From contig CM052816.1 of NCBI GenBank assembly GCA_028534125.1, positions 70,496,001 to 70,560,000 on the forward strand: 64,000 bases of DNA, read 5' to 3'. A program made the translations under genes and the position numbers. Positions 1-12,669 of the stretch are shown one piece after another (the stretch's first letter is position 1; each line of letters opens with the position of its first letter). The notes under the pieces are model-generated. The model did not search any database and was not told where the DNA came from. It worked only from the letters and a program-made list of their open reading frames with translations. The DNA is from Lama glama. Lineage: Eukaryota.

Positions 1-231
1 TGCGACTTAAAGGATGTACAGAATAGGGGTTGGGGGCTGAACTGTATTTTAGAGAGAACACAGGTAAAGGTAAGAGACCATGGGATTATACTCTTAAAAA
101 GAGCTAAGGTCACATCTCACTTGAACCATAGCCCCCAAAAGTAATAAAATGACACAAATATATTAAGGTCTGATGATTTGGGGGCAAAAAATAAATACTG
201 TACTAATACAAGGGATTTATTAATTACTGCA

Positions 232-581
232 TGCTATGGTCTGAATGTTTGTATCTTATCAAACTTCGTATGTTGAAATCCTAACTCCCAAAGGTGATGG
301 TGTTAGGAGGTGGGAACGTTGGGAGGTGCGTAGGCTTTGCCCTCATGAATGGGATGAGTGCCTTATTTAAGAGGCTCCAGAGAGGCCCCGAGCCCCTTCT
401 ACCATATGAGGACACAGCAAAAAGGCACCGGCTATGAACCAGGAAGAGGGCTCTCAGCAGAATTCAGCCACGCGGGACCTTGATCTTGGACTCCGCAGCC
501 TTCAGAACTGCGAGCAATGCCTTTGTTTACAAGCCAGCGGCCTGTGGGATTTTGTTACAGCAGCCGGACAGAACTAAGACA
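232..581 (+). mobile_element. MaLR solo LTR (MLT1A-like)
   Basis: Starts tgctatggtctgaatgtttgt, ends tttgttacagcagc...ctaagaca, typical MLT1 termini. Confidence 0.85.
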
Positions 582-737
582 CATTGATATTTACATAAAT
601 TATTTATGTAACCATCTTTCAATTTGGCATTAAGACTTTTTTATTTGGGCTATTTAATTACATTTTATACTGAAAGAGAAATAAAGATCACATAAAAGTC
701 TCTCAATTTCCAAGGTTAGGTCCCCTCACCCCCCCAC

Positions 738-762
738 CACACACACACACACACACACACAC
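738..762. repeat. (CA)n microsatellite
   Basis: Direct reading. Confidence 0.95.
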
Positions 763-2899
763 AACGTTAACGAGTACCTAGAAAACTAAGTCCGTTACTC
801 TGTAATATCTATTTCATGCACTAGCATTCAGAATACCATTACAAAAAGGTTATATAATTCAGAAAGTTCAGTGTCCATATTCTAACAAGTGTCCAAGAAG
901 CTATTTGGTTAAAGGATCTGAGGGAAGCTGGCAAACAATTTGGAATAGAGTTATCTGACAGAACCGACCAGAAGGCAGCCTGTATGCAGTCTGCATTTCT
1001 ACATGGTATCCATGGAAATGAGATCAGGTCCGAACAAAGACAAACAAAGGCCACCTTCAAATGAACCAGGAGAATGACAACTGCCAGTGTTCAAGGCACC
1101 CATGGGCACAATAGCTTTGCACACGCTCTTCAGAACACAATGAAATAATCTCTTATACTGACAATACGGTGTCCGACACTCTTTTTTTTTTTTCATTGCT
1201 CTGTTTAAACATTAACCTCATTTTTACACAGAAAGCCTTTCAATGACCAGGAGTTATGTACAGCTTCTGGAGTAAAAACTGTCTCTAGTCACTTTAAACT
1301 AATCACAGGAAGAATTGCAGTCACCCTTTCAAAACATGGACTAATGTAGTGATCTTCACTGACAAAACCGCCCAGTTTCTGTGAACTGGTTGGTTAGCAG
1401 AACAGACCATTCTCTCAAAGGAAGAAAAACATGTTTGAAAATTATTAACAGTCCCAACATTCAATGGGCCTGAAAACATTACGAAAATATGCAGTTCAAG
1501 TTTATACTGGTTAGGAGATGCAATTTACATGTACAAGAGTCAGAAGGCATAGACCGGATAAGACACTTGAATATAAGTACTTTGAATTAATTCTAACATC
1601 AACAAAATTAAGAGTAGGCATTAATTTCTTTTCTAATATATATTAAACAGAAATGTTTAAGATGCCTTGGAAAAAAACAAAAACCACTGAGTTACACAGA
1701 AGTAAAGGCTTTAAAATTTTACTAACAGAACCTTTCCAAGATGACACTAATTCTCTGTGCCAAATGGAACTATGATTTCTGAAAGGCTATTTGGGGATTT
1801 TTATTATACTGGCTAGAAATAAAGCATTAAAAGCTTAGCTGGAGAAACATAAATCTATAGCTTTAAAAGAATTTGTTTTTTTGGAAATCTGACAAAAGCA
1901 CTGAACTTAATTCTATGAATAAGATTGGACTATTGTTATGTATTATACACCCTAAAAACAGCACTAAGCTTATTCATTTCAACTGCTTCAGTAAATATGT
2001 TCTGAAACAAACAAAAAGGTGTACATGGGCTCCCTCGTCCACCCATGCAGTCCCATAGCTCTGCTGTCTTTCCTCCTCGAGTGCCTTGATCAGCCTCACC
2101 TTTCTCGCATCAATTAATACCCTCTCCGTTTCACAGCACAGAACTGCTTTCCTTTCCCTTCTCTCCTGTGACCATCCGTGGTTTCTAATCTGTCGCGGGG
2201 CTGCTGTTATTGTGGGTCATCCAATTCCCCCTCTTCTTTTTCCCTGACAGCACCCCTTCCATGGACACCAGCGCCCCTCCTCTCCTCTCAGTTTCTCTTG
2301 TTTTAGGGACTCCTGCCACATCCAGATGCCTCAACGTGATTTCTCAAGACTTACATGTCTACCATGTGGTACCCTAAGTGATAGAAGGAAAGAAAGCTCA
2401 TCACCATAATGTTTACGAGCACATGTTTCTCCAACAATTTATTTGTTTGTCTGTTTTGAAGGCAGCACTCCCCTCTCGTGCCTGGAGCTCCTCTCTCCTC
2501 TCCTCCTGCTGAGCTTCCTCACACTGTCCCTCACCTCCGTTTACTCCCTGGCCTGCTCCACTCTGCTTCCCGTTATTTTCCCTCCATGGAGACTGCCCTC
2601 CCCAAGCGAGTCAGACTGGCCTGACTTCTCTGGAGAAGCTGACCTTATGGGCCAGCTCTTCCTTCTTGAAACATTCCCGTGGCCCCCACTCTCTGCAGTC
2701 CCCTTTCTCCCACTCCAACTGCATCTTCTCTCTCTGTCCTGACCCTCTAAGGTAGTTTCTCAGGTTGGAGCCAAGTCGTCTTCTAGTCTCTGACTCATCA
2801 GCGTCATGTCTTCAGTCACTCTGTAGATGCCCACGGCTCCTACATCTCTGTCCCCTCCTTGCTCTCCTCCTGTTCCTTACAGGGCTCTGTATCACCATC

Positions 2900-3450
2900 T
2901 ACCACCTAGATGTGTACGCCTAGATGTCAAACTCAACCTGTCAAGCTGAACTGCCCACCTCTTCTAACCTGCCCTCCATCAACTCCTCCCGTCTCAGTGA
3001 ATAGACCCCTTTGAGTTGTTTCCATCAGAAACCCAGGCCTCAGTATAACCTTCTCCCCATCTCCCTGCCACCAAAGTAAATCAATCACCAAATCCTGCCC
3101 ATTCTTCCTTAATATCATCCACATCTGTCCCCAGCTGTCTTTCCCTACTGCCACTGTTTTTTTTTTTTTAAACCACCATCATCTCTCAATCGTGGTACTA
3201 AACTAACACTGACACTAGGCCCAGTTCTTTTGTAAGTAGTCTTGGTGCCTTTAATCTGGCTTCCATTCACTCCACCATCCGCCCTGCTGCCAGAGGGACC
3301 TGTCTTAGGAGCCAGCCTGAGCACGTCGCTCCCCTGTTAAGGCCCTTCAAAGCCTCCCCACTGTCCTCAGGATCAACTTCGTGTTCCTTTCCATGGCTCA
3401 CAAGGGCTCACCTCCCAGCTCTCACTTTCTGTGAATACCTCGAGCAGTGT
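2900..3450 (+). mobile_element. L2 LINE fragment (boundaries approximate)
   Basis: aaactcaacctgtc...atcaccaaatcctg...gctgccagagggacc L2-type motifs. Confidence 0.6.
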
Positions 3451-5779
3451 GTTCCGGGTGTAATGACCTTCTCCTTTGCTATTCAAGCATCTAAGGTGTC
3501 TAGTCCAGGAACTAGGAGACTTGGGTCCTATTCCTGATTATGTTACCAGATTATCACTTTCAGCCATTTTACAAGGAGAGAACTGGGCTCTGACCTCTGA
3601 GGCCCTTCACAGTGGATCTGAATGGCAATGATTACTTCCTGCCCCCATGACGACCTCTCTAGAGGTTTGCTATGTGTCACAGTCATATATCTCCATCCTC
3701 TGAACTCAGCATCTCTTTCTGTACCACTCATTCAGCAATTAATTACATGAGACCTTATGACCTCTATTATGTTATAGAAACTTACATCTTTATGTTATAG
3801 GCATAGACAACACAACCACCTAACAAAAATAGCCTAAGTTTTAATACATGGAAACTTTTTGAGACACCGAGAGGTACGATGGCTCTAAATTTCAGTAGCT
3901 CAGAAACTCAAAGACAGTATCAAAGACCTGCTTTCTTTTTATCTTTCCACTAGGCCAGTATACTGGCTTCATCCCCAAGCTAGCTGACATCACTGTTCAA
4001 GGTAGCTATGGTTGTTCCAAGATTCACACTGAGAACTGACAGTGTTTATTAACCAGCACCTTCCTTAGGAATGAAAAATTCTCTCCCAAAAGTCCCTAAA
4101 TGGATCTCCCTCCACATCTCATTGGCCAAAATTCCATTATAAGCCCATGTCTAAATCAGACACGGGTGAGAGGTATGGCACCAGCAGCACCGGCTCCGTC
4201 CAATCATCCTTCAACACGCCCTGGGTCTCCTGGCTGTGCAAAGGACGGGGGCGCCCAATAATCGGACTTCTGTCAGAAAGGAGGATACCAGGGCATAAAA
4301 TCGGTCAGCACCCTCCAAGGACTGAGACAACATGTCTTCCTCGTGTGTGGGCTTGTTTCCATACAGACTACAACCTCTCTGGACCACATTCAAGTTTCCT
4401 ATGGTTCTGTGTTGGAGCCAGCACATTGCCTTACATAAAGCAAGTGTTGCATGAAGATATGATCAGAAATTAGTCTTATGGAATTCACTGCAGCCAAATC
4501 AACAAAACATCTGTCATCGGAAGGGGCATGATAGGAATCACTTGCATACACATAACCTACTGCTGTCTCAGGACTTGTGGGATCAAGATTCTTCTCTTTA
4601 GAGAGCCATTATTCTTTGTTTTCTTCCAGGTAAATCATTAGTTACTGTAACAAGTTAAAACACACACACACACACACAACCTCCACATCTTAATTGGCTG
4701 ATTGGAGAAATAGCTTCCCATGGTTCTTTCTCTCCTACACTGTGCTGAATCTTTCCATAATGCCCCGAGCCTAGCAGGGCTGACAGTCTAGAATAAAACT
4801 GTGCCTTTAGTGGTCACATTTACATGACGTCAGGATGATACTTTTGGTCCCAAATATTCTCCCTATTCTTCCTGAAATTCTTTATTTTTGACACACTGAC
4901 TGAACGATCTTCATTTTGCTGAGTGTCTAAAATTCCCTCATTAGCAGCTCGTGTCTTTACATTAACAGACTCCTTTTTATTATACCCAAGGCTACGAGCA
5001 CATTAAGCCAGGGGCAGTCATCACCCACTTTAGAGGGAATTCACTCGAACTGACGCATTCACTGACTCTTGGCGTTGAAATCTACCTGTCTTGGTGGTCA
5101 TCTCAAACAAGGTGGTACAGGCAACACTGGAATTTTAATTTGTCAGGACAGAGAAGGCGCAGCACTAGCATTTAAGCAATTACTTCCAAACTTGGCTGTA
5201 CATCTGAACTGTATGAATAATTATTTTTAAATACTGAATCTTGAGCCCCAATCCATGAATTTGAATCAAAACAGTGGCCTGTGAGCCAGGATTTAGGAGA
5301 GTAAAGCTTCATCAGGGTTGGGCAGGTGTAGCTGGAGAGCTTTGCAGCAGGGGAGTTACTTTATCAGATGATGGTCTAAGGCCGTTGAAGGGCTGAGAGG
5401 AGAGGGGTCATCAGGCATGGATCCCACAAATGAGAGATTGCTTCAAACTTCCCTTTTTGTTATAAATACTTCCCTACTTAATTCTTTTACTTAGGACTAT
5501 CTCTTTTAGCAGAGGACAACAGTGTTGCAAAGGGATGAGGAAAAAAAAAAAGGAAAAAGCATTAACGCAGTGAAGGTAAAGAAAACAGTCTGGAAAATAT
5601 TCTAACAGTAAATATGGTATGATCAGGTGCCGTCAGAACACAGAAGGGTGTGTGCACGTGCATATGAATGGCTTGGGGTGTGTGTGTATTGCGTGTGTGC
5701 ATAAGTGCAGCATGTGTGTTCGTGTGTAAGCGTGTGCTGGGAAGTGTGGTCGCAAAGGCTGTAGCCAGATGGCAAAGGA

Positions 5780-6460
5780 CTTTTTACAATGTGCCACAAA
5801 ATTTGGACTTTGTACTACATGGAATGGGGAGCCACCAGACAGACGTCTGAAGCAAGGCGGTGGTTGGATACAGATAAGTGTTTAGGAAGATAACACTGGT
5901 GACAAAGAGGAGAATGGACTGGAGGGAAAAGAGACAAGCACAGGAAAACCAGTTTAAAAATGATGGTAGTCCAGACACAAAAAAGTGAGGGCCTGCACCG
6001 GGTGGCGTCAGAAGGTACACGAGCCGGGGAGAACAGAACTTGGAGATGGGCCATGAGGTAGAAAACAAGAGAAGAGTCCTTGTTTTCATGTTTGCAGGAC
6101 AATGCTGCTATTCAACATTAACAGACAATACAGGAGAAAATTTCAGTGGACAGGTGTTGACTTCAGTTGGGGACATGTTGAGCTGGACGTGCGTATAGGG
6201 CACCTAGATAGAGATACTCGGCAGCAGATGGAAATGCTGATCAGGAATCAGGAGAGGAGTCTGGCGGGAGATGCTGGCTTGAGTGGGGAGCTGGCCGGGA
6301 GAGAACTGATAGAATGAAGAGAATCCAGAATGGAACTCTGCAAACACCACCCAGGACGGGGCCAAACAGCAAGTCTGTGAAGGAGACTAAGAAAGAACAG
6401 CCAGGAAAGTAGAAAAACAGGGAGAACAGAAGCCAGAGGTGGAGGGTGTTTCAGAGGAAA
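5780..6460 (-). mobile_element. L2 LINE fragment (boundaries approximate)
   Basis: ttcagttggggacatgttgagctg and other purine-rich antisense L2 motifs. Confidence 0.6.
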
Positions 6461-7857
6461 GAGCTGCCAAATTACATACTAAAGGAGGACTTGCTTACTA
6501 AGAGGGAAATTAGAATATTTACAGCCTGAGGGGAAAGTAGGGATTTGAAAAGAATCACTAGCAAGGGGGTGCTCGGGGAGCAGAGTACCAGAGGCCCAGA
6601 ATCCAGAGGGAAGGGTTATCCTTGCCCAAGCAACACACTAGAGAATGTTATGATGTTGTGCATTCTTAAATTACATTTCCCTTTCCCCTATGGACCTATT
6701 ATTTAGTTTATGGATTATCCAGGCGTCTTATGGTCTTTCTTTTCCATTCTCAACCTCCTAGTTACCATTTCAATGATTGCAAGTGCTTAAACCAAGGAAC
6801 AATCAATGAAAGGCGATAAATGTGTCACTAAAATCTGAGCATGGCTTTTTCTCAAATATCTGTGGGAAGGTTTATGGAAATCAAATTAGAATCTATGTGT
6901 TAAAATGAAATTTCAGGGTTTTAATTTTCTGAGTGTTTGGCTGGAGCATATGAGAGCTATAGAAACATACATGCGTATAAGCCTTTCATATTTTAACTTG
7001 GTATTATATATTACACATTTATATATGGCTATAATTTATAAACAACTATATGTGTGTATATAAGGGTAATGATGAATACTCAAAAATTGTATACAGATTG
7101 GGTCATGCCACAAAAAATTACAGCTGCCATTTTTCAATTGTTCATGTTAATTAACCTTGGATGTTCATGGTACCAAAACAAACAAACAAAAAAAACCAAT
7201 GATGCTGCTTCCCTAGGAACTTCAGTTGAGATCACAAATGACAAAGCTTTATTGTGATCATCCTGAATTAAGAGAAGACCCTTGGGGGTGCAAATAACTG
7301 GGGCAGGAGGAAGGAGGAAATATAGGAACTACCCGTACAGATGTCATTCCAAATCATCTCTCCTGCCTTGCAGCCAGTCGTCCTTATTAACCAACTCCAG
7401 ATAAAATCTCCATACCTGACTTCATGCCTGGACCAGCACCACATTCCACTGAAGTATTTCTCACTGTTTTTGGAAAAACAAGCCTCAACACTTCATACAT
7501 AAGAAAATGATGTTATGTTTCCATAGCTTCTGTTAATAATGGGTAATTAAAGAGAGATGAAAAGCTTAGATTGCAATGTCCATTAGCTCTTGGGAAGGTG
7601 GTAGTGTTCCAGGGTCTGATTTTCAAAGTGAATCCGACTTTATCTGAAACCCCTAGGTTAGGGCTGATGATTCCTCAGAACACTCTTGGGGTCCCAGGAG
7701 AGAAGAGCTGTGAAGCACCAGACGCAGGGTTAGACAGAAAAACTAAGATGCCTGTTCTCCGCTCAGGGGCGGGGGTGCTGTTTCTCTTCCTCTAACCTGG
7801 AGAAACTGCTACAGGGTCATCTGAATCAGGTTTCTTCCATGATAAAGAATGGCAACT

Positions 7858-8010
7858 GGGGGGAAGGGTATAGCTCAAGCGGTAGAGTGCTTGCTTAGCA
7901 TCCACAGGGTCCTGGGTTCAATCCCTAGTACCTTCTCTAAAAGAGAACAGTAAATAAGTAAACCTAGTTACCTCCCCACACACACACACAAAATTTAGAA
8001 AAAAAAAAAA
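7858..8010 (+). mobile_element. tRNA-derived SINE (camelid Vic-1-like)
   Basis: A box tagctcaagcgg, B box ggttcaatccc, A tail, TSD aaagaatggcaact/aaagaatagcaatt. Confidence 0.88.
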
Positions 8011-9019
8011 GAATAGCAATTAGGTAAACACCTCTAAGGAGATTTATCTTCTTTGTAAAAACAGTTGAAAATCTCAGACTACTTTTTGTTGTTGTTGTTT
8101 TGATAGCTATTCAAACTACAAAATACAAACGTGACTTCCCCAAAGTTCTTGAAGTAAGCACACATTCGCTCTGGATAAGGTTTGGAGGAAGTACTCTGGA
8201 TGGGCTGTGGTCCCGCTGCAGCTGAGCACCCTCAGCCTAGTTTCCCCACTTAGTTTAAAAGGAGTCAGGTGGTGGGTGGGCCCGGCTCTCCCCTCCTTGC
8301 AGTTGGTGCTGCAGCTGAGGGTAATTCTCTTGTTGCGGCGCCTAAGATTAAGAAAGTGGAAAGAACTTTTCCTGGCCGAAGTTCACATTCGTTGAACAGA
8401 CGACGTTACAACAATAAGAGGAAGGCAGAAGGGAAGGAAGAATTCTCCTCTGCCAAGAATTTAAGAAGCGCTTGGTTTTCCTCTGTCCCCTATGGGAAGC
8501 CACGTCCTGAAGAAATGGGGGCATCATTCACACCCTGGGGTTGGAAAATAGCATTGTGGGCTCCCAGGCTCCTCTAAAGCCACCAGGAATCATGCTGAGG
8601 GGGGCAGGCTGCCGCCCAGGACCAGATTTCCGGGACGCACAGAACCTCCGGGTCTGGGTCTGGTGCGGCACCTGTCTGAGCCAGGCTGCAGGATTCTGGG
8701 TCTCCACGCGCCGCACTAATCCCCACTCCCCTTGTGCACGTGTGCATGTGTGCCTAGCAGCAAAGCGCGCTTCGAGTTGACTTTGAAGGGTGCATAACAG
8801 ACAAGGTGAGACATGCCTTATGGGGACATCAGGCGGGGGAGAGCGAGAATGGGGAGTCTCTTTCCTTCCCGCTCTAGATGGCTGAGAGCCTGAGTCCACG
8901 TGGAATCAAAGTGGAGACGCGCTCCGCCTGGGCCCTGGTGGCACAGGACTCCTCGCTCCTGCCCCCAGGACCCACGCAGGTCCCTCCTGAAACCGATGCG
9001 GCGCAAACCCTTCGCTTAC

Positions 9020-9077
9020 CTTGACTGAGCACTAACACCAGCCTCAGTAGCGCGCCGCCTGTCCGTCCTGGCCGCAT
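9020..9077 (-). CDS. ITGA2: Integrin alpha-2 coding exon 1, signal peptide MRPGRTGGALLRLVLVLSQ(G)
   Basis: gggATG in a CpG island; CAAG|GTAAGC phase-1 donor; resembles human MGPERTGAAPLPLLLVLALSQG; lies directly downstream of ITGA1 as in the conserved mammalian synteny. Confidence 0.93.
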
Positions 9078-9270
9078 CCCGAACCCGCCCTGGGCACTGG
9101 AGCTGCTCTGGGTTTGCACTGAGACCCCAAAACCCAGAAACTCTTCAGAAAGCGTCCCGAGGGCTTCTCTCCTGCGCGCGGGTGTGAGCAGGAAAAAGTT
9201 GCCCAGCAGCTCCTGGGGCGGCAAGGCCCGCCCCGGGCCCGCCCCTCCGCCTCCGCAAACACCGGGCCTG

Positions 9271-9298
9271 CCCCCGCCCCGCCCCGCCCCGCCCCGCC
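9271..9298 (-). promoter_or_regulatory. Array of overlapping Sp/KLF GC boxes (GGGGC)x5
   Basis: cccccgccccgccccgccccgccccgcc, about 200 bp upstream of the ATG. Confidence 0.8.
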
Positions 9299-9562
9299 GC
9301 CCCGCGGGCTGCACCTGGGCTCCTGCACAGCCCCGGGAACCTCGCCTCCACCCTCCACACGGTCCGAGCCCCGGGATTTCGGAAGCCGGGGGTGGGGTGT
9401 GAGGGGACAGCTTCCTAGGGGCCTTTCCTGCTCCGGAAGGGACGGGCTGGGCACATCAGACGAGCGAGAGCCAGCCTGTAACTACCCCGCCCCCTGGCAG
9501 CCTGACGCCCGCCCGCCGGAGACCCCAGGTTCTCCGGAGACCCAGGCCCTCCTGCAGCCCTT

Positions 9563-9590
9563 CCCGCTCCCCGCTCCCCGCTCCCCGCTC
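9563..9590. repeat. (CCCGCTC)x4 tandem repeat
   Basis: Four perfect 7-mers. Confidence 0.9.
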
Positions 9591-11130
9591 CTGGCAGCGG
9601 TGGGAAGGCGGGGGTCTCGAGCCTCAGCCACGGCTCTCAGGGCTGCGCCGTGCTTGCCTTCTCTGTCTTTCCCAAGTGGGTGGAGAAACGGACAAAAATA
9701 AGCGCAGAATGACCAGGTTAGAAACTAACTCTACAGGAAAGAAGATCTGCCCACAAGTTGTGATTATCCCGAGGTGATATTTAAGCCAGACCTGCTGCAG
9801 GAGCGCCGTGTGCGCGTGTGTTATAAACCCTCATTCACGCCTCTCCTCCAAGAGACCAAGGAGCCGATCTGATTACTAAATTTAAGCGATTTACCTCAAG
9901 ACACAGAGAAGAGAGCCCCCTCTGAACTCGTGATTCTTCCTCTTTGTTACACCGTGAGCATTTTCTTCCATTATTTCAGTCTCAGATCTGGAAAGAGGGC
10001 GTTCTCTAATCATATCTGAGATCTTTACTTCCCAACCTAGGATACAGGATGTTCACTTTTCTCTAAATCCGATTTTTCCTCCGAAAGTTCACCCACAAAT
10101 TCCCAGCACATTGCTGAAACCAGAATTCTTCCAGTGACTACTTTTGTGTAGTCATCAAAGGTTTTAAGAAATTAAACTTAAGGAGTTACTAGTCTAATCA
10201 TGATTATTATCACCATTCCAAATCTTTATGGAGCAGGTATTCTGAGGGGTGCTTGAGATACTGCCACTAGGAAGCAAAGTGGTTCAAGGTGTGAAGGACT
10301 TAACTGGTAAAGGTCAAGTGCTCCCCTTACCATAGCTAGGGCTGGAGTCTGGGATTGCTAAAGTATTAAACTAGTATTCATCAAGTGCTACTGCTTATAA
10401 TCATGACATAAACCCAATACATCTGTACACAAAGTGTATAGTCCCTGGTTCTTTCCTGCTTTCTTATCTGTCACTTACTAACTCTACTTACTAATCCTGA
10501 CAAACACTTGAAGGCATTTTTTCCTGACCTGTCTATGGTACTCACCTGCTTACTCAGACACCACACAGCACCTGAGAGCCTTTAAGTGGCCGTTCACTAA
10601 CCCTGACACCCAATCTTGACTCTCCACACAGAATTCTTGCAGGAAGTCAGCCAGGTTTCAGGGAGATGAATATCTGTCTGTTTCCTTCTGACTCACTGAA
10701 ATGTGAGTAAGTGTTTGGAACAGACCCTTGCTGGGGAGGCAGGACAGTTCCCTTCATGTGAGGCAGGAATCTGCGCTTTGTCTCAGGGTGCTGGAGAGGA
10801 AAACGCACCCTTCTTTGCTTTTGTGCTCAGAACTGGACAAGTTAACAGGCTGGCCTGAGGGACAGGGTAAATGAGGAACTGTATTTTTCCAGGGAAGGCA
10901 ACAATTTCAAATTTCAAGAAGCAAAGAGACAAGTCTTGCCCCACATTAATTTTAAAGCCTTCCTAAGACAAAACAGTGTGAGAACTCCTGCCTTAATCTT
11001 CCGAGGAACAGTCCTGCCTAGGTGTCATTTTGCTGGATGTCACATTCTGAGCAGGAAAGAAGTGTAAGGCAGGGCTTCTCGTGCTCTTTGGCCTCAGGAG
11101 CCCTCCACACTTAAAATTACTGAAGATCTC

Positions 11131-11697
11131 CCAGATGAATGGATTTTAAAATGTGGTGTATACACACTTATACATAAAATGTCATTTATATATGATGAAA
11201 TATTATTCAACCATAAAGGAGAAAGAAATCCCTCCATTTGCAGAGACATGGGTGAAACTAGAGGACCTTGTGCTAAGTGAAATAAGCCAGAGAAAGACAA
11301 ATATTATATGATTCTACATACATGTGAAATCTAAAAGTCAACTTACTGTATAAAGAGTAGAATGGGGATTTCCAGGGACTGGGGTAGGGTGGGGAAAATG
11401 GGGAGATGTTGGTTAAACAGTGCAAATTTTCAGTTATAACATGAATAAGTTCTGGAGATCTTACATACAGTATGGTGACTATAGTTCATAATACTGTATT
11501 GTATACTTGAAATTTGCTAAGAGTGTAAATCTTAAGGGTTCTTACTACACACGGTAACTGTGAAGTGATGAATATGTTAATTAGCTCAGTTGCAGTTATT
11601 GTTTCACAATGTATACATATATCAAAATGTAATTTGTCCATTTTAAATATATGCACTTTAAAATTGTCAATTACCCATCAACAGAGCTGGAAAAATA
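11131..11697 (+). mobile_element. L1 3' end (L1MA-like) inserted in Charlie1
   Basis: gatgaatggat...ctaagtgaaataagccag...tacttgaaatttgctaagag; degenerate TSD tactgaagatc/tattgaggatc. Confidence 0.85.
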
Positions 11698-12122
11698 TAT
11701 TGAGGATCCCAAAGAACTTTTGTTTTCATGGATTATTTCTACCAATATTTATCAAAGAAGAAATTGAAACATAAGTTTTCCAATATTTATGTTAATCATT
11801 TAAAAATAACAATAAGGGTATTACATGTTGGCATAAATAATACATTAATGAAAAATAACTATATTTCCTAAAATAAAAGAATGAAAAATGGCTTTTGTTG
11901 CACATTTTTGCCAATCTTTTAAATGTGTGGATTAAAAATACACACTTGGATTCTCATATCTGCTTCCACATTCAATCTGTTGTGATATGTAGTTTTGGTG
12001 AAATTGTATTAATTAATCTGTCAACATATAGATAGGCAGTTGAAAAAACAGAACTTAACTGTGGAGATTTGTCTGATACTGCACCCAAACTCAACAAGTG
12101 GTAGCTTTTTAAAGACTAGCAG

Positions 12123-12620
12123 TGATACCATGAGTTGAATCCATTTCACCTACCTTCAATAATAATCAAGGTCGTTTTAAGACTTCCATGTCCTCTAAGC
12201 ACACATAGCCAAAACAATGAGATGTTTGCCCGAGTTATTTTCTAGGAACTTTGAATCAGCTGCATCTAGTTTGAGCTGAGCTGGTTGAGACTGGATAGGA
12301 CCACCAACCCTGCAGCTGGACGTGCGTGAGTGTCTTCAGTGACCTTTTGAACGTGTGGAGATCTGTAGCTTAGCTTTGCCTACACAGATTATCTCATCTT
12401 TTTCCAATCACCGCTCCTCATGTTCCCCCAGCCTTGGACCTCCCTGCTTCTTTATTCATGATTCTGTGAATACCATGAGCCTTTGGGAGGCAGACTTGAG
12501 ACTGGTCCTCCTAACTCCTCTCTTGGCCGCCTTGCGAATAAACCCTCTCTGCTGCAAACCTCGGTGTCTCGGCTTTTTGTCTTGCCATGCGTCGGGCAAG
12601 ATGAACCCGGTTCGGTAACA
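12123..12620 (+). mobile_element. ERV solo LTR (ERV1-like), 498 bp
   Basis: TGATACC...GGTAACA inverted termini, AATAAA at 12537, 4-bp TSD gcag/gctg, interrupts Charlie1 colinearity. Confidence 0.82.
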
Positions 12621-12669
12621 GCTGCATTGTGGAACCTGAAACCATATCAATGAACTTTTCCTACCCTAG

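Larger units (their letters stand above)
8600..9660. promoter_or_regulatory. ITGA2: CpG island / TATA-less ITGA2 promoter
   Basis: Sharp rise in GC and CpG density around exon 1; tandem GC boxes. Confidence 0.9.

Noticed and set aside
7858..7935. tRNA gene
   Set aside because: Has A/B boxes but continues into a SINE body, A tail and TSD, and has two diverged sister copies in the window
1..9019. Further ITGA2 exons or a nested gene such as PELO
   Set aside because: No integrin-like exon seen; ITGA2 intron 1 is long, and PELO lies in ITGA1 intron 1, outside the window
9020..9077. ITGA2 signal peptide shorter than human, with an internal Arg
   Set aside because: Signal peptides vary freely and a similar pattern is recalled in mouse
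8874..9701. Several overlapping 70-146 aa ORFs in the CpG island
   Set aside because: Stop-poor GC-rich DNA; only the 58-bp ITGA2 exon 1 part has splice and homology support
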